Below, piece by piece: positions 26,753-36,554 of a stretch of DNA of 64,000 bases. Below the pieces are notes generated by a model. It saw only the letters and a list, made by a program, of their open reading frames with translations. It did not search any database and was not told where the DNA came from. Position 1 is the stretch's first letter; every line of letters begins with the position of its first letter. The stretch comes from Phycisphaerae bacterium (lineage in GTDB: Bacteria > Planctomycetota > Phycisphaerae > UBA1845 > Fen-1342), in the NCBI GenBank assembly GCA_963675745.2, contig CAXXWX010000013.1, forward strand, positions 1 to 64,000, given 5' to 3'. Position numbers and translations under genes: made by a program.

Positions 26753-29278
26753 CTACTTGCCGTTCAACAGCGCCACGAACGCGTCGATGTCGCCGTTGTT
26801 CACCCAGCCGTCACCGCTGATGTCACCGTTCATGATGTCGCAATCCGGGTATTCGCTGGGGTATTGCTCGGGAAACGAGAGCGCCAGCACGAACGCATCG
26901 ATGTCGCCGTTGTTCACCCAGCCGTCGCAGTTGAGGTCTCCGAGCAACGGGCTCGTGTCGATCTCCACGACGCCGTGAACCGAGACGACCGGCTCGTTGG
27001 CATTGTCGTTCCATTGCCCCGAACCCGGCAGCAGTTGGGCATAGTGCTCGCCGTCGCCGGAGTTGTTCGGCTCGCCCGGGCTCCAGTTTGTGAATGTCAC
27101 CGGCGCGCCGCTGATCCAGACGAAAGTGCCCTCGACGGCCTGGTCGGTGAACCCGATCCACACGTCACGCGCGGAACCGCCGTAATTGGCCAGGTTGACG
27201 CGGACCCACTCGTTCTCGTCGGCGTCGTCGATCGTCGCGAGGTTGCCGCCCAACCCCAGTGCGAAGGTCTGCGCCGCAGTCCAGGATGAGGCTTCGAGCA
27301 GGTAGTACGTGCTGTAGGTGCCGGGCCGAGCGATCGGACCCGCCAGGATACTCAGTGTGCAGTCCACCTCCCCGCACGTCACACCGTCGCCACGGTAGTC
27401 ACCCCCCTGAGCCAGACATTCCGCCGGCGACAGCACACTGCAACCGCTGTCCGGCAGGCAACACGCGCCGGTGGTCAGACAGGCGTTGTATTCCCAGGTC
27501 TGTCCGCTCACCACGCCAAAGCCCACAATCCCGCCGAACATGACAATCCGGGCGCGGGCGCTGTCGTAAGCCATGGCATGGTTGAAGACGCCATCGGGCA
27601 TGTATGATGGATAGACTCGCGTCCAGCTCGAACCGTCCCACTCCCACATCTTGTTGGTCCACAATCCGCCTTCGAGTCCGCCGAACAGGATGGTCACGTC
27701 ACGCGCGCTGTCATATGCAAGGCCGAAGTCTTCAATCTCCGGCCCCGTGACGCCGCGCGCCGTCCAGGTTGTTCCATCCCACTCCCACACGTCGGTGTAT
27801 CTGACGCCATACAGATTGCGTCCGCCGTAAAGGACGATGACGCCGCGGGCCTCATCATAGACCATGCCGTGCAGCGCGCGTGCTGGTGGCCCGCTGACCA
27901 CGTGCTCGGTCCAGCTCGTGCCGTCCCACTCCCAGGTGTCTCCCAGGGCGGCGGCACCGTTGCTGCCGCCGAACATGACCGTCACGCCGCGGACCGGGTC
28001 ATATGCCATCGCGTGGTCGCTACGCGCCGGCGGGGCGCTGACGGCGTGCTGCGTCCAGCTTGTGCCGTCCCATTCCCAGGTCTCGTCGGAGACGCCGCCG
28101 TACACAACCGTCACGCCCCGGCCACTGTCATAGGCCATGGCATGGCCGATGCGTGGTGTCGGACCAGGCACGTCGCGCGCGGTCCAGTCCGTGCCGTCCC
28201 ACTCCCAGGGCTGACTTTCGATATTGCCCCACATGACCGATACGCCGCGGGCGCTGTCGTAGACCATGGCATGTCCGTTCGCGGGCGGCGGCCGGGTCTC
28301 GACGATCTCGCTCCAGCCGCCGGCGTCGAGCTCCCAGGTCGTGTAGTCGTTCCTGACGTCCTCGCCGCCGCCAAACAGGACCGTCACGCCGCGGCTGCTG
28401 TCAAACGCCATCGCGTGCATGAAGCGCTCGCCCGGACCGCTGGCCGGCGCGAGCGACCATGAGGCCCCATCCCATTCCCACGTGTCGGCCAGTGGATACC
28501 CGACGTCATCCTCACCGCCATGGAGCACCGTGACGCCGCGCGTGCTGTCGAATGCCATGGCGTGATATTCGACTGCGGGTGTGGTCCCGGAATCCCGCCA
28601 AGTCCATGACGTACCGTCGTACTCCCAGGTGTCGCTGACACGTTCCCACCAGTCGTCTTCGCCGCCATGCATAACCGTCACGCCGCGCGCGCTATCGAAG
28701 GCCATGGCGTGCCAGGCGCGCGGCGGTCCGTCGGCGCGCTGTGTCCAGGTGGCCCCGTCCCACTCCCACGTGTCACGGTATGGGACGTCCTCTTCTTCGA
28801 CCGTCTCACAGCAGCCGCCGAACAGCACGGTCGCACCACGCACCGAATCGTATACCAGCGCGTGGCCGGCGCGGGCCGGCGGGCCGCTGGTCGCGCGCAG
28901 TGTCCACTCACTCCCATCCCACTCCCAGGTCTCAGCCGTGGTGCCCATGGCGTCCCAACCGCCAAACAGGACCGTGACCTGCCGCCCGCTGTCATAGGCC
29001 ATGGCATGTCCGGTCCAGGCCTGCGGGCCGGCGACCGCGCGTAATGTCCAGGTCTGGCCGTCCCACTCCCAGGTCTCGTGGCTGGAACCGCCGCCATACA
29101 GAACCACGACGCCGCGATCGCTGTCGTACGCCATGGCGTGATTGTCCACACCGTCGATAAACAGCTTGTCCCAGCGATCGCACGTATCGGTTAATGCTGG
29201 TGCCGCGTGGAATGCCAATAACAGGCCAGCCGCCGTGACGCAGAGCCGGCTGGTACGCGGGGGTTGCTGCGCGGCCAT
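26753..29278 (-). CDS. Secreted protein with 12 Kelch-like repeats, a GACC Cys module, a C-type lectin domain and a dockerin-like domain
   Basis: 12x HAMAYDSxRGVTVLFGG..TWEWDG; GACCLPDSGC; WIGFTD..WSPGEPNN..WND; two GDxxxDGWVNNGDIDAFV repeats. Confidence 0.88.
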   Translation of the reverse strand: MAAQQPPRTSRLCVTAAGLLLAFHAAPALTDTCDRWDKLFIDGVDNHAMAYDSDRGVVVLYGGGSSHETWEWDGQTWTLRAVAGPQAWTGHAMAYDSGRQVTVLFGGWDAMGTTAETWEWDGSEWTLRATSGPPARAGHALVYDSVRGATVLFGGCCETVEEEDVPYRDTWEWDGATWTQRADGPPRAWHAMAFDSARGVTVMHGGEDDWWERVSDTWEYDGTSWTWRDSGTTPAVEYHAMAFDSTRGVTVLHGGEDDVGYPLADTWEWDGASWSLAPASGPGERFMHAMAFDSSRGVTVLFGGGEDVRNDYTTWELDAGGWSEIVETRPPPANGHAMVYDSARGVSVMWGNIESQPWEWDGTDWTARDVPGPTPRIGHAMAYDSGRGVTVVYGGVSDETWEWDGTSWTQHAVSAPPARSDHAMAYDPVRGVTVMFGGSNGAAALGDTWEWDGTSWTEHVVSGPPARALHGMVYDEARGVIVLYGGRNLYGVRYTDVWEWDGTTWTARGVTGPEIEDFGLAYDSARDVTILFGGLEGGLWTNKMWEWDGSSWTRVYPSYMPDGVFNHAMAYDSARARIVMFGGIVGFGVVSGQTWEYNACLTTGACCLPDSGCSVLSPAECLAQGGDYRGDGVTCGEVDCTLSILAGPIARPGTYSTYYLLEASSWTAAQTFALGLGGNLATIDDADENEWVRVNLANYGGSARDVWIGFTDQAVEGTFVWISGAPVTFTNWSPGEPNNSGDGEHYAQLLPGSGQWNDNANEPVVSVHGVVEIDTSPLLGDLNCDGWVNNGDIDAFVLALSFPEQYPSEYPDCDIMNGDISGDGWVNNGDIDAFVALLNGK

Positions 29279-29478
29279 GGTGTTTCCCTCCGTTGTGCCC
29301 TTTGCTCTCTTCCGGCGGATTGTACGAGCCGCCGTCATGTGGCAGGCCCGACCGCCACTATGACCAGTTTATCGCGGAAACTGCTTGATTCTGACAGAAT
29401 TCTGCGACAAGTCCCGGTTGGACGCCGCAAGTGCAGGGGACGGGGATGACGATTGCACTGCAATTGAGACGCCACGCG

Positions 29479-30318
29479 CTAGCGACCAATGATGCTGATG
29501 CGGTGCCGCTTCGCCAGGTCGAGCGTCTTTTCCCGTTCCAGCACAAAAGTCTTGCCGGCTTCGACGACCAGCGCGGCGGCGCCGGCCTTGTGGAGATGCT
29601 CAATCGTATCAGGGCCAACCGTAGGCACGTCGAAAACGCATGTCCTGGTTCCGGTTTACCGGCCTTCAACAGTATCCAACCGCCCTGTGGGCAGAGTTTG
29701 CCGGTGCGCTCGATCAGCCCGTCGGTGCCTTCGATCGCCTCGACCGCGATGATCTCACGCTCTTTGACAGCCAGCGATTGGCCGATGTCCAGCGCCGCGA
29801 TCTGCTTTAAGATCGGCCAGGCGAAGTCCGCGTCCTTCCAGCACGCGGCGGGGGGGCTCGCGCGACGTCAGCACACCCGCTTGGGCCAGCGCTTCCGGCG
29901 TGTATTGGGTCGAGTCGATCAGCGGCACTCCACGGCGTTGCATTTCATCAGCCACCGCCCGCAACAGCGCCTCGTTACGACGATCGCGGACGCCATACCA
30001 CACGCGTATGCTCGTCAGGTCTGGCAGATAAAGCAACCACTGCTTCCAGCGTGGCATGCTGAACATGTCAGCTTTGCGGACGCGGCCCACCATGACCGCT
30101 TCGCGGCAGCCGCTGCGCCGCAATGTGCGAATCCACCCGCCCAGCCGCAGCACGCCGCGCCAATGAAACGCGTCGGCGACGTCGCGCAACGCCGGGTCTG
30201 CCCAGCCGCGCAGCGCGATAATGACCAGTCGCCGACCGGCGTTTTGTGCGCCGGCAGCCACGATGCGCGGCAACTCCCCGGCACCGGCGATCATTCCCAG
30301 TGGTGTGGCGTCGCTCAT
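29479..30318 (-). CDS. lpxI: UDP-2,3-diacylglucosamine pyrophosphatase LpxI (three +1 frameshifts)
   Basis: LGMIAGAGELP start; reconstructed LDIGQSLAV..AVEAIEGTD and KPNQDMRFDVPTVGPDTI..LVVEAGKT; TAG stop at 29481-29479. Confidence 0.85.
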
Positions 30319-30346
30319 GAGTGGAAGGGTACCGCTTGACGCGTAT

Positions 30347-30637
30347 CTACGCGAGACATGGGCGGTCAGTCGCTCGCGCGCCGAGCCGCTTCATGCCCAG
30401 AGCATCATGGCGCGCCCGATGCCCCAGTAAGATCAGGATGACGACAATCGGCGTGAGCACCCAGAACGCGATCGTCCAGCCCGTTGCCCGAGGAGGTGAG
30501 GTTCCCTGGCGGCGGGCGTCGCGTCGCGCACGACGATTCGGCCGGCTGCGCAACCACGCGATGAAGTCGGCAACGATGATCACGATGTCCAGGCCGCAAA
30601 ACTGCAGGCCTGCGCCGATTAGCTCCAGAAGCTCCAT
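30347..30637 (-). CDS. Small hypothetical membrane protein
   Basis: Two hydrophobic segments; start overlaps the upstream stop (TAATG). Confidence 0.5.
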   Translation of the reverse strand: MELLELIGAGLQFCGLDIVIIVADFIAWLRSRPNRRARRDARRQGTSPPRATGWTIAFWVLTPIVVILILLGHRARHDALGMKRLGARATDRPCLA

Positions 30638-30879
30638 TAGCCACGTTTGCGCGGAGATCTGCGTGAGCGGCCGTTGCCGACGTGAACCGACACGACCAGG
30701 GCTGTGTCAATGATGTCGAACGCATCATCGGTGTCGGTGACAATTACTGTGCGCCCGCTCGGGAAGACCGCCATAAACTCGGGGTGGCGCACCGCATACT
30801 CGCGCCCATCGGCGAGCCGTAGGGAAAACGGCTGAAAGGGCCGCGCCCGATGCACTTTGCGCAGTTCGTCAATCTTCAT
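30637..30879 (-). CDS. Small conserved hypothetical protein
   Basis: GGAGGT RBS; RPFQPFSLRLADGREYAVRHPEF motif. Confidence 0.7.
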   Translation of the reverse strand: MKIDELRKVHRARPFQPFSLRLADGREYAVRHPEFMAVFPSGRTVIVTDTDDAFDIIDTALVVSVHVGNGRSRRSPRKRG

Positions 30880-30898
30880 ACGAACACCTCCCCCGATT

Positions 30899-31955
30899 CT
30901 ACTCCGCCGCGGCGCGTTCTCGCAGTTCGTCCAGCTCTTTCTCGAGGCGTTTGACCTTCCTGTTCAACTCGGGCAGGCGGGCGATGTGGGCGAGTCGGCG
31001 ACGCATTTCGCCGATGGGAACCGCCGGCGCGCCGAGGAAAGTCTGGCCGTCGGGGACGTTGTTAACCACGCCGGCCTTGGCGCCAACGGTGGCCCCGTCA
31101 CCGATGCGGATATGGCCGACGACGCCGACCTGTCCGGCGAGCGTCACGTGGTTGCCGACGCCGACCGAGCCGGCCAGCCCCACTTGCGCCACAATCAGGC
31201 AGTTCTCGCCGATCTGTGTGCCGTGGCCGATGGCGATGAGGTTGCTCATTTTTGTGCCGCTGCCGATGAGTGTCTTGCCGAGCGTGGCGCGGTCGATCGA
31301 GCAGTTGGAGCCGATCTCGACGTCATCGCCAATCTCGACGAACCCGATCTGCGGGATCTTCACCCATTTCCCGCCCACCGGCGCATAGCCCAGGCCGTCG
31401 TTGCCGACGACCGTTCCGGCGTGCAACGCCACGCGATCGCCGAGGACACAGTCCTCGTAGATCACCACGTTGGGATAAAGTTGCACCTCATCGCCGATCC
31501 GACAGCGCGGCCCGACATAGCAACCGGGGTAAATCACCGCATTGCGGCCGATGGTCACATCTTCGTCAATTGTGGCGCCGGCGTGAATCCGAGCGCCGGG
31601 GGCCTATCTTGGCGCTGGGCGCGATCACGCCGGTGGCCGTGCGGGCCGGTTGCCGATGCTGGCGATAGCCGTGCAACTTCACGATCAGGACCGTGATAGC
31701 GGCGTAAGGATCGTCCACACGAATCAGGTCGAGATGACTCGGGGCCTCGGTTTCAGCGCCGATCACCACGACGGATGCGCTCGTGGTCTGTAAGTATTTC
31801 TCATATTTGGGGTTAGAGAGAAACGACACCTCACCGGCCCCCGCGTCCTCCAGCGTGTTGACGCCGTTCAGCACGCGCGCGGCATCGCCGCGCAGCTCGG
31901 GGTGCATACCGTACTGCTCAAGTGCCGCGCAGGCTTCAGCCAGGGTGATTGCCAT
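30899..31955 (-). CDS. lpxD: UDP-3-O-acyl-glucosamine N-acyltransferase LpxD (+1 frameshift near 31600)
   Basis: EVSFLSNPKY, VDDPYAA; hexapeptide repeats; GNDGLGY, KIPQIGFVEIGDDVEIGSNCSIDRAT, IAIGHG. Confidence 0.9.
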
Positions 31956-32152
31956 CAGTGTCCGGTCGCTCCAACAGCACTAATACACGCCGTTTCCAGC
32001 CACGCATTGTATTGACGCGGGGTGGGGCGTGTCAAAAGAGCGGCTGATGGTGCTCAGGCGGCGTTGTGATCCGCTTGCCACAAGCGCCCCGGCTTGCCAG
32101 ACTACGCGAGTTCCGAATCCCCGAGCGGGCAAAAGGCCCAAAGGCTGCCGCA

Positions 32153-32836
32153 ATGGAGCTGAATCCCAAGAAGCATCAACGACTGCCGGATGGTCGCGTG
32201 CGGCTGCGTCCCGGACACGGCAAGATTGCCACGGGCATCGGTTTGCTGATCTTCGCCGCGTTCTGGCTCGGCGTCTCGGGCACGATGTTCGTGTTGTTTC
32301 TTGGCGAGGGTGGCCTGAGCTTCCCGCTGGTGTTCATCGGGCTGTTCGTCGTGATCGGCGTGGCCGTTTTGATCGGCGGCATAGTTGTGATTGTCAGCGG
32401 CGTGCTGGTCGGCCAGAAGATCGCGCCGGCCGATATCACCGTCAGCCGCTTGCCGCTGCGCCTGGGTGAGCGTTTCACCCTCGAGTACGATCAGCCGGTA
32501 AAACAACGCTGCGAAATAGACCATGTCACGCTGACGCTGGTGTGCAAGGAGTGGGTCCGCTACACCGTGGGCACCGACACCCGAACCGCCGAACACGAGG
32601 TGCTCTCGCAAGAGCAGCCGCTGATGACCGGCGGTGAGATCGAAGCGCTCGGGAGTCTGCGGGCCCAGGCCGAGCTGGCAGTCCCCGCCGAGGCGATGCA
32701 CTCGTTCGACGCAACCAATAACAAGGTATCGTGGCTGGTGAAGATCAGGACCGCGATCAAGTCCTGGCCCGACTATACCGCCGAATTTCCGCTCCTGGTT
32801 GAGCCGCGTCTGATGCCGGAGGAGAGCACACCATGA
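32153..32836 (+). CDS. Two-TM protein with an arrestin-N/SpoOM-like beta-sandwich domain
   Basis: Two TM helices, then LTLVCKEWVRY and LAVPAEAMHSFDATNNKVSWLVKI..WPDY. Confidence 0.55.
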   Translation: MELNPKKHQRLPDGRVRLRPGHGKIATGIGLLIFAAFWLGVSGTMFVLFLGEGGLSFPLVFIGLFVVIGVAVLIGGIVVIVSGVLVGQKIAPADITVSRLPLRLGERFTLEYDQPVKQRCEIDHVTLTLVCKEWVRYTVGTDTRTAEHEVLSQEQPLMTGGEIEALGSLRAQAELAVPAEAMHSFDATNNKVSWLVKIRTAIKSWPDYTAEFPLLVEPRLMPEESTP

Positions 32837-33240
32837 GCGCCGGCCTCGAGCTCCATCTGGACGCCGGACCGTGGCCCGGCGAGCAGTACGCACGCGCCTG
32901 GCCCGTCGGCGGACGCATCAGCGGAAACATCCGCGTGGTCTCGACGGACGAGACGCGCGCCCGCGGCGTACGCGTTGACCTCTCCTGGAAGACCGAGGGC
33001 CGCGGCAACGTTGACAACAGCCGTGTGGTCAAAGAGGTTCTGCACGAGGGGCATATCACCGCCGGCAGCGACTTCAAGCTGCCATTCGAGCTGCTGGTTC
33101 CGGCCGACGGACCAATTACCTATGACGGCCACTACATCAACATCCGCTGGGAAGTGGCGGCGGTCGTCGATATCCCGTGGGGGCGGGATACTGTCGAACG
33201 TCAGACCGTCATGATTTTGCCGACCTACGAGACTGCGTAG
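32833..33240 (+). CDS. Soluble arrestin-N/SpoOM-like protein
   Basis: ATGA overlap with the upstream gene; VRVDLSWKTEGRG, FELLVPADGPITYDGHYINIRWEV..VDIPW. Confidence 0.6.
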   Translation: MSAGLELHLDAGPWPGEQYARAWPVGGRISGNIRVVSTDETRARGVRVDLSWKTEGRGNVDNSRVVKEVLHEGHITAGSDFKLPFELLVPADGPITYDGHYINIRWEVAAVVDIPWGRDTVERQTVMILPTYETA

Positions 33241-33974
33241 TTGACCGCTCGCGCCGCCGATTCGACATCCTCAGCCGTGATCCGCCGGGTGAGTTGGCCG
33301 CTCTCGGCCGCTGACTGGTAGACCTCGTACAGTAATTCCTCGACCGTGCGCAGGTTGCCTGTGGCATAACGCTGAAGCAGTTCAACGGCCTGGGCCGAGG
33401 TTGCGGGGCCGGCGTCAGGGATCAACGCGGCGGCCTCGACGCGCCGCTCGATGAAACGCCGCAAGTTGCCCGCATCCACCGCCCGCAGCTCTATGCTCCG
33501 GCACGACACGCCGCTCGCGTCGCACATGGGCCTGAGCGAGACATGCGTTCCGACAACCAGGCGGAATCGACCTTGTCCCGCGCTGGTAACAATGCGCGCC
33601 TGCTGGCGCTGCGAAATACGTTGAGCCTCGTCGATGCACCAGACGTCACACGCCGGCGGCCAGGCCACACGTGTTGCGTCGGGTGGCACGTAAGTTGAGT
33701 GCCACTGCCAATCGCTCCGCTGCGCGCCCACGTGTCGCAGAACGTCCAGGTGCGTGGATTTGCCCCAACCCCGCTCACCGACGATCTCGATCACCGCCGT
33801 GTCACTGGCGAGCCACTCCGCGGCGCGTTCCAACAACGCCGGCTCGATCAGTGTTTGCACGAGTTCGCCGGGTTCGAGCACGCGAAACGGGTTGGCGCGC
33901 AGTCCGATGTCGGGGAATCGACGGCCGCGCGGGGCCGGCGGCCGACAGGCGAGATTACTCGCGCTTGCTTTCAT
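33225..33974 (-). CDS. P-loop NTPase (AAA-like) of unknown function
   Basis: GLRANPF, Walker A GERGWGKST, Walker B WCIDEAQ, GNLRTVEELLY. Confidence 0.7.
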   Translation of the reverse strand: MKASASNLACRPPAPRGRRFPDIGLRANPFRVLEPGELVQTLIEPALLERAAEWLASDTAVIEIVGERGWGKSTHLDVLRHVGAQRSDWQWHSTYVPPDATRVAWPPACDVWCIDEAQRISQRQQARIVTSAGQGRFRLVVGTHVSLRPMCDASGVSCRSIELRAVDAGNLRRFIERRVEAAALIPDAGPATSAQAVELLQRYATGNLRTVEELLYEVYQSAAESGQLTRRITAEDVESAARAVNYAVS

Positions 33975-34959
33975 ACTGCTCCAGCGTCTGCATCCGTTCG
34001 CGTTTGGCGGCTTCGTCCTCGGTGAGCGCGACCGCCTGTCGTTGATATCTGATGGCCTCGTCAATCTTCCCGTTGGCCACCAACGCACGGGCGTGCAGCT
34101 CGAGCAAAGGCGGTCCCTTCCGGGCGCTCGCCGCACAGGCCGCAGTCGTCAGTTTCAAAGCAAACGCATCGTCGCGCCTGGGCAATCGACTTTTGCCAAG
34201 GAGCATGTCGGCGAATCGCGCCAGCAGCCGCGCGTCGCGCCCGGCGGCGGCGATAAACTCGTCCCGCGCAACGCTTAGCTCAGACTCATCCGCCCCGGCG
34301 CTCAGCAGCTTGAGGTATTCATTACCCTTCCGGCCGGCCGGTGTCACACGCTCGCGCTGCGGGGGACGTTGGTCAAACATCCTGCGCCGCGAATCGCTCT
34401 GTGCGGCCTGGCGCTTCTCCCACAGCGCGCGTGCCTCGTCCACGCCGAACTTGTCGGCCAGCACCAGGTCGAGCACCTGCTCGATACCGTCCGGCGGGTT
34501 CAGCGGATTGGCGTGCCAGATGATGCGGCCCTGTTTGTCGATGACAAAAGCGTGTGGAATGCCGCCCTGGCCGAACGCTCTCATATACGCCATGGTGGTT
34601 TGCTGCGCGCGATCGCAAGCGATCGTGTAGCCCATCTTGTCGCCCGCCGTCTTCACAAACTCGCGGACCTTGTTGGCCGGCTCTGCGGATATGCCGATGA
34701 CGACCACGCCCTGGTCCTTGTACTTCCGTTGCAGCTCAGTCAGGTGTGGGATGCTTCGGCGGCAGGGGGCACACCATGTGGCCCAGAACTCGATCACGTA
34801 TACGTGTTTACCCTTGCCTACCGACAATTCAACCGGACTACCCTTGATCCACTCGGCAATCTGAAGTGGTTCCGCGGGTACGCCGAGTTCGCGCGCGCTT
34901 GCCGTGGCAACCGTCGGTAACAGCATGATCAACATAAGCACGCAGTGCTTCGGCAACAC
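33955..34959 (-). CDS. TlpA-like thioredoxin with helical C-terminal extension
   Basis: VIEFWATWCAPCR, GIPHAFVIDKQGRIIW; signal peptide; GTG start inferred from a GGAGAG RBS. Confidence 0.85.
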   Translation of the reverse strand: MLPKHCVLMLIMLLPTVATASARELGVPAEPLQIAEWIKGSPVELSVGKGKHVYVIEFWATWCAPCRRSIPHLTELQRKYKDQGVVVIGISAEPANKVREFVKTAGDKMGYTIACDRAQQTTMAYMRAFGQGGIPHAFVIDKQGRIIWHANPLNPPDGIEQVLDLVLADKFGVDEARALWEKRQAAQSDSRRRMFDQRPPQRERVTPAGRKGNEYLKLLSAGADESELSVARDEFIAAAGRDARLLARFADMLLGKSRLPRRDDAFALKLTTAACAASARKGPPLLELHARALVANGKIDEAIRYQRQAVALTEDEAAKRERMQTLEQYESKRE

Positions 34960-35162
34960 TCTTGCTCTCCCGGTGGTACATGTCGCCACCAAGCTCCGCT
35001 CGGGCGCATTCTCATACTCTAGCAAACCACGCCGTAAACGCGAAACCTTGATAGCGCCGTCCCGTTCCCCGTTGCCGGCTGGCCTGCTAGAATCCGGCCA
35101 TCGGGCCGACGGCAGTTCTCGCCGGCGGTAACTTCTGTAGCGCGTGATCCTGAGGCAGGTAG

Positions 35163-36359
35163 ATGAGTGACGATAGTCAACCCCGGCGCTATTTCGACAA
35201 CGCGGCCACCTCATTTCCCAAGCCGCCGGGCGTGGTGGAAGCCGTCTGCGACTACATGGTCAACGTCGGGGCCAGCGCGGGCCGCGGTGCATATCGCGAG
35301 GCCGTCGAGTCACGGCGGATGCTCGATGAGTGCCGTGACGCGATCCGCACGCTGTTCAACGCTACTCCCGACGACGATGTCGTTTTCACGCTCAATGGCA
35401 CCGACGCGCTGAACACGGCGATCAAGGGCATCGTCAAGCCCGGCGACCACGTCGTCACCACGGCGATGGACCACAACTCGGTTTTGCGCCCGCTGACAAC
35501 GCTGCGCGAGCGTGGTGTTATCGACTATAGCGTCGTGCCGGTTGATCCTGATACGACGCTGCTTACGCCGGATGAACTCGTCGCCGCGCTGCGCGACAAC
35601 ACGACGCTCGTCGCGCTGAATCACGCGAGCAACGTGACCGGCGCCCTGCAACCCGTCGAGCAGATCGCGGAATTATGCCACGCGCGCGGCGTGAAGCTCC
35701 TGGTGGACGCCGCCCAGTCGGCCGGCCACGTCGCGACTGACTTCTCCACGACGCCGATCGATCTGCTGGCCTGCCCCGGCCACAAGGGATTGTTGGGACC
35801 GCTGGGTACCGGCGTGTTGCTGATTCGCGCCGGCGTGGGGCAACTGATGGCTACGTCGCGCGAGGGTGGTACGGGTTCCCACAGTGAGCTGGTGGCGCAG
35901 CCGGAGATGTTGCCGGATCGATTCGAAGCCGGCAGCCACAATGCCGCGGGTATCGCGGGGCTTCTGGTCGGGGTGCGCTGGTTGTTGGCGCGCGGAATTG
36001 ATGATGTGCGCGCGCAAGAAATGGAGTTGATCCAGCGCGTGCTCGATGGTCTGTCGGCTTGTCCCGGATTACGTTGTCTCGGGCCGCGCGCGCCGCAAGA
36101 CCATGTCGGTGTTTTTAGCGTTACCCTCGAGGGGTTCGAACCCGTCGAGCTTTCCGCGCTGCTCGAACAGGAATTCGGTCTGTTGACGCGCAGCGGCCTG
36201 CACTGCGCGCCTCTGGCGCACCAGGCGCTGGGTACCTACGAGACCGGCGGCACCACGCGTCTGTCGACCGGCGTGTTCACCACCAGCGAGGATGTCGATA
36301 CCGTCATCGACGCGCTCTACGAAATCGCCCGGCACGCCGAGCGTGTGCTGGATGACTGA
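35163..36359 (+). CDS. Cysteine desulfurase family protein (class V aminotransferase)
   Basis: YFDNAATSFPKP, HNSVLRP, HASNVTG, DAAQSAG, PGHKGLLGPLGTG, RSGLHCAP. Confidence 0.92.
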   Translation: MSDDSQPRRYFDNAATSFPKPPGVVEAVCDYMVNVGASAGRGAYREAVESRRMLDECRDAIRTLFNATPDDDVVFTLNGTDALNTAIKGIVKPGDHVVTTAMDHNSVLRPLTTLRERGVIDYSVVPVDPDTTLLTPDELVAALRDNTTLVALNHASNVTGALQPVEQIAELCHARGVKLLVDAAQSAGHVATDFSTTPIDLLACPGHKGLLGPLGTGVLLIRAGVGQLMATSREGGTGSHSELVAQPEMLPDRFEAGSHNAAGIAGLLVGVRWLLARGIDDVRAQEMELIQRVLDGLSACPGLRCLGPRAPQDHVGVFSVTLEGFEPVELSALLEQEFGLLTRSGLHCAPLAHQALGTYETGGTTRLSTGVFTTSEDVDTVIDALYEIARHAERVLDD

Positions 36360-36554
36360 CCGATTCAACAAACCTTCCCGTCCCCTTCGTGTCTTTGACA
36401 ATTGCAGTCCCACGAACCGAACCGGCACGTATCCGGCGATCGGGATTGTGCCGCCGCGCGGCGTCCCGGTCCTTGATCCGACGCGGCGTGCGTGCATAAT
36501 CCCCGTTCCGCACAGTTGAACCAGGCGGGAACCCAGGAGGCAGTCGCAGATAGC

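Noticed and set aside
26770..26930. Direct DNA repeat near the C-lectin gene end as a diversification template
   Set aside because: Explained by the two in-frame dockerin half-repeats.
29479..31955. Real pseudogenisation of lipid A genes
   Set aside because: Only single-base insertions with intact motifs, matching the error pattern seen in unrelated genes.
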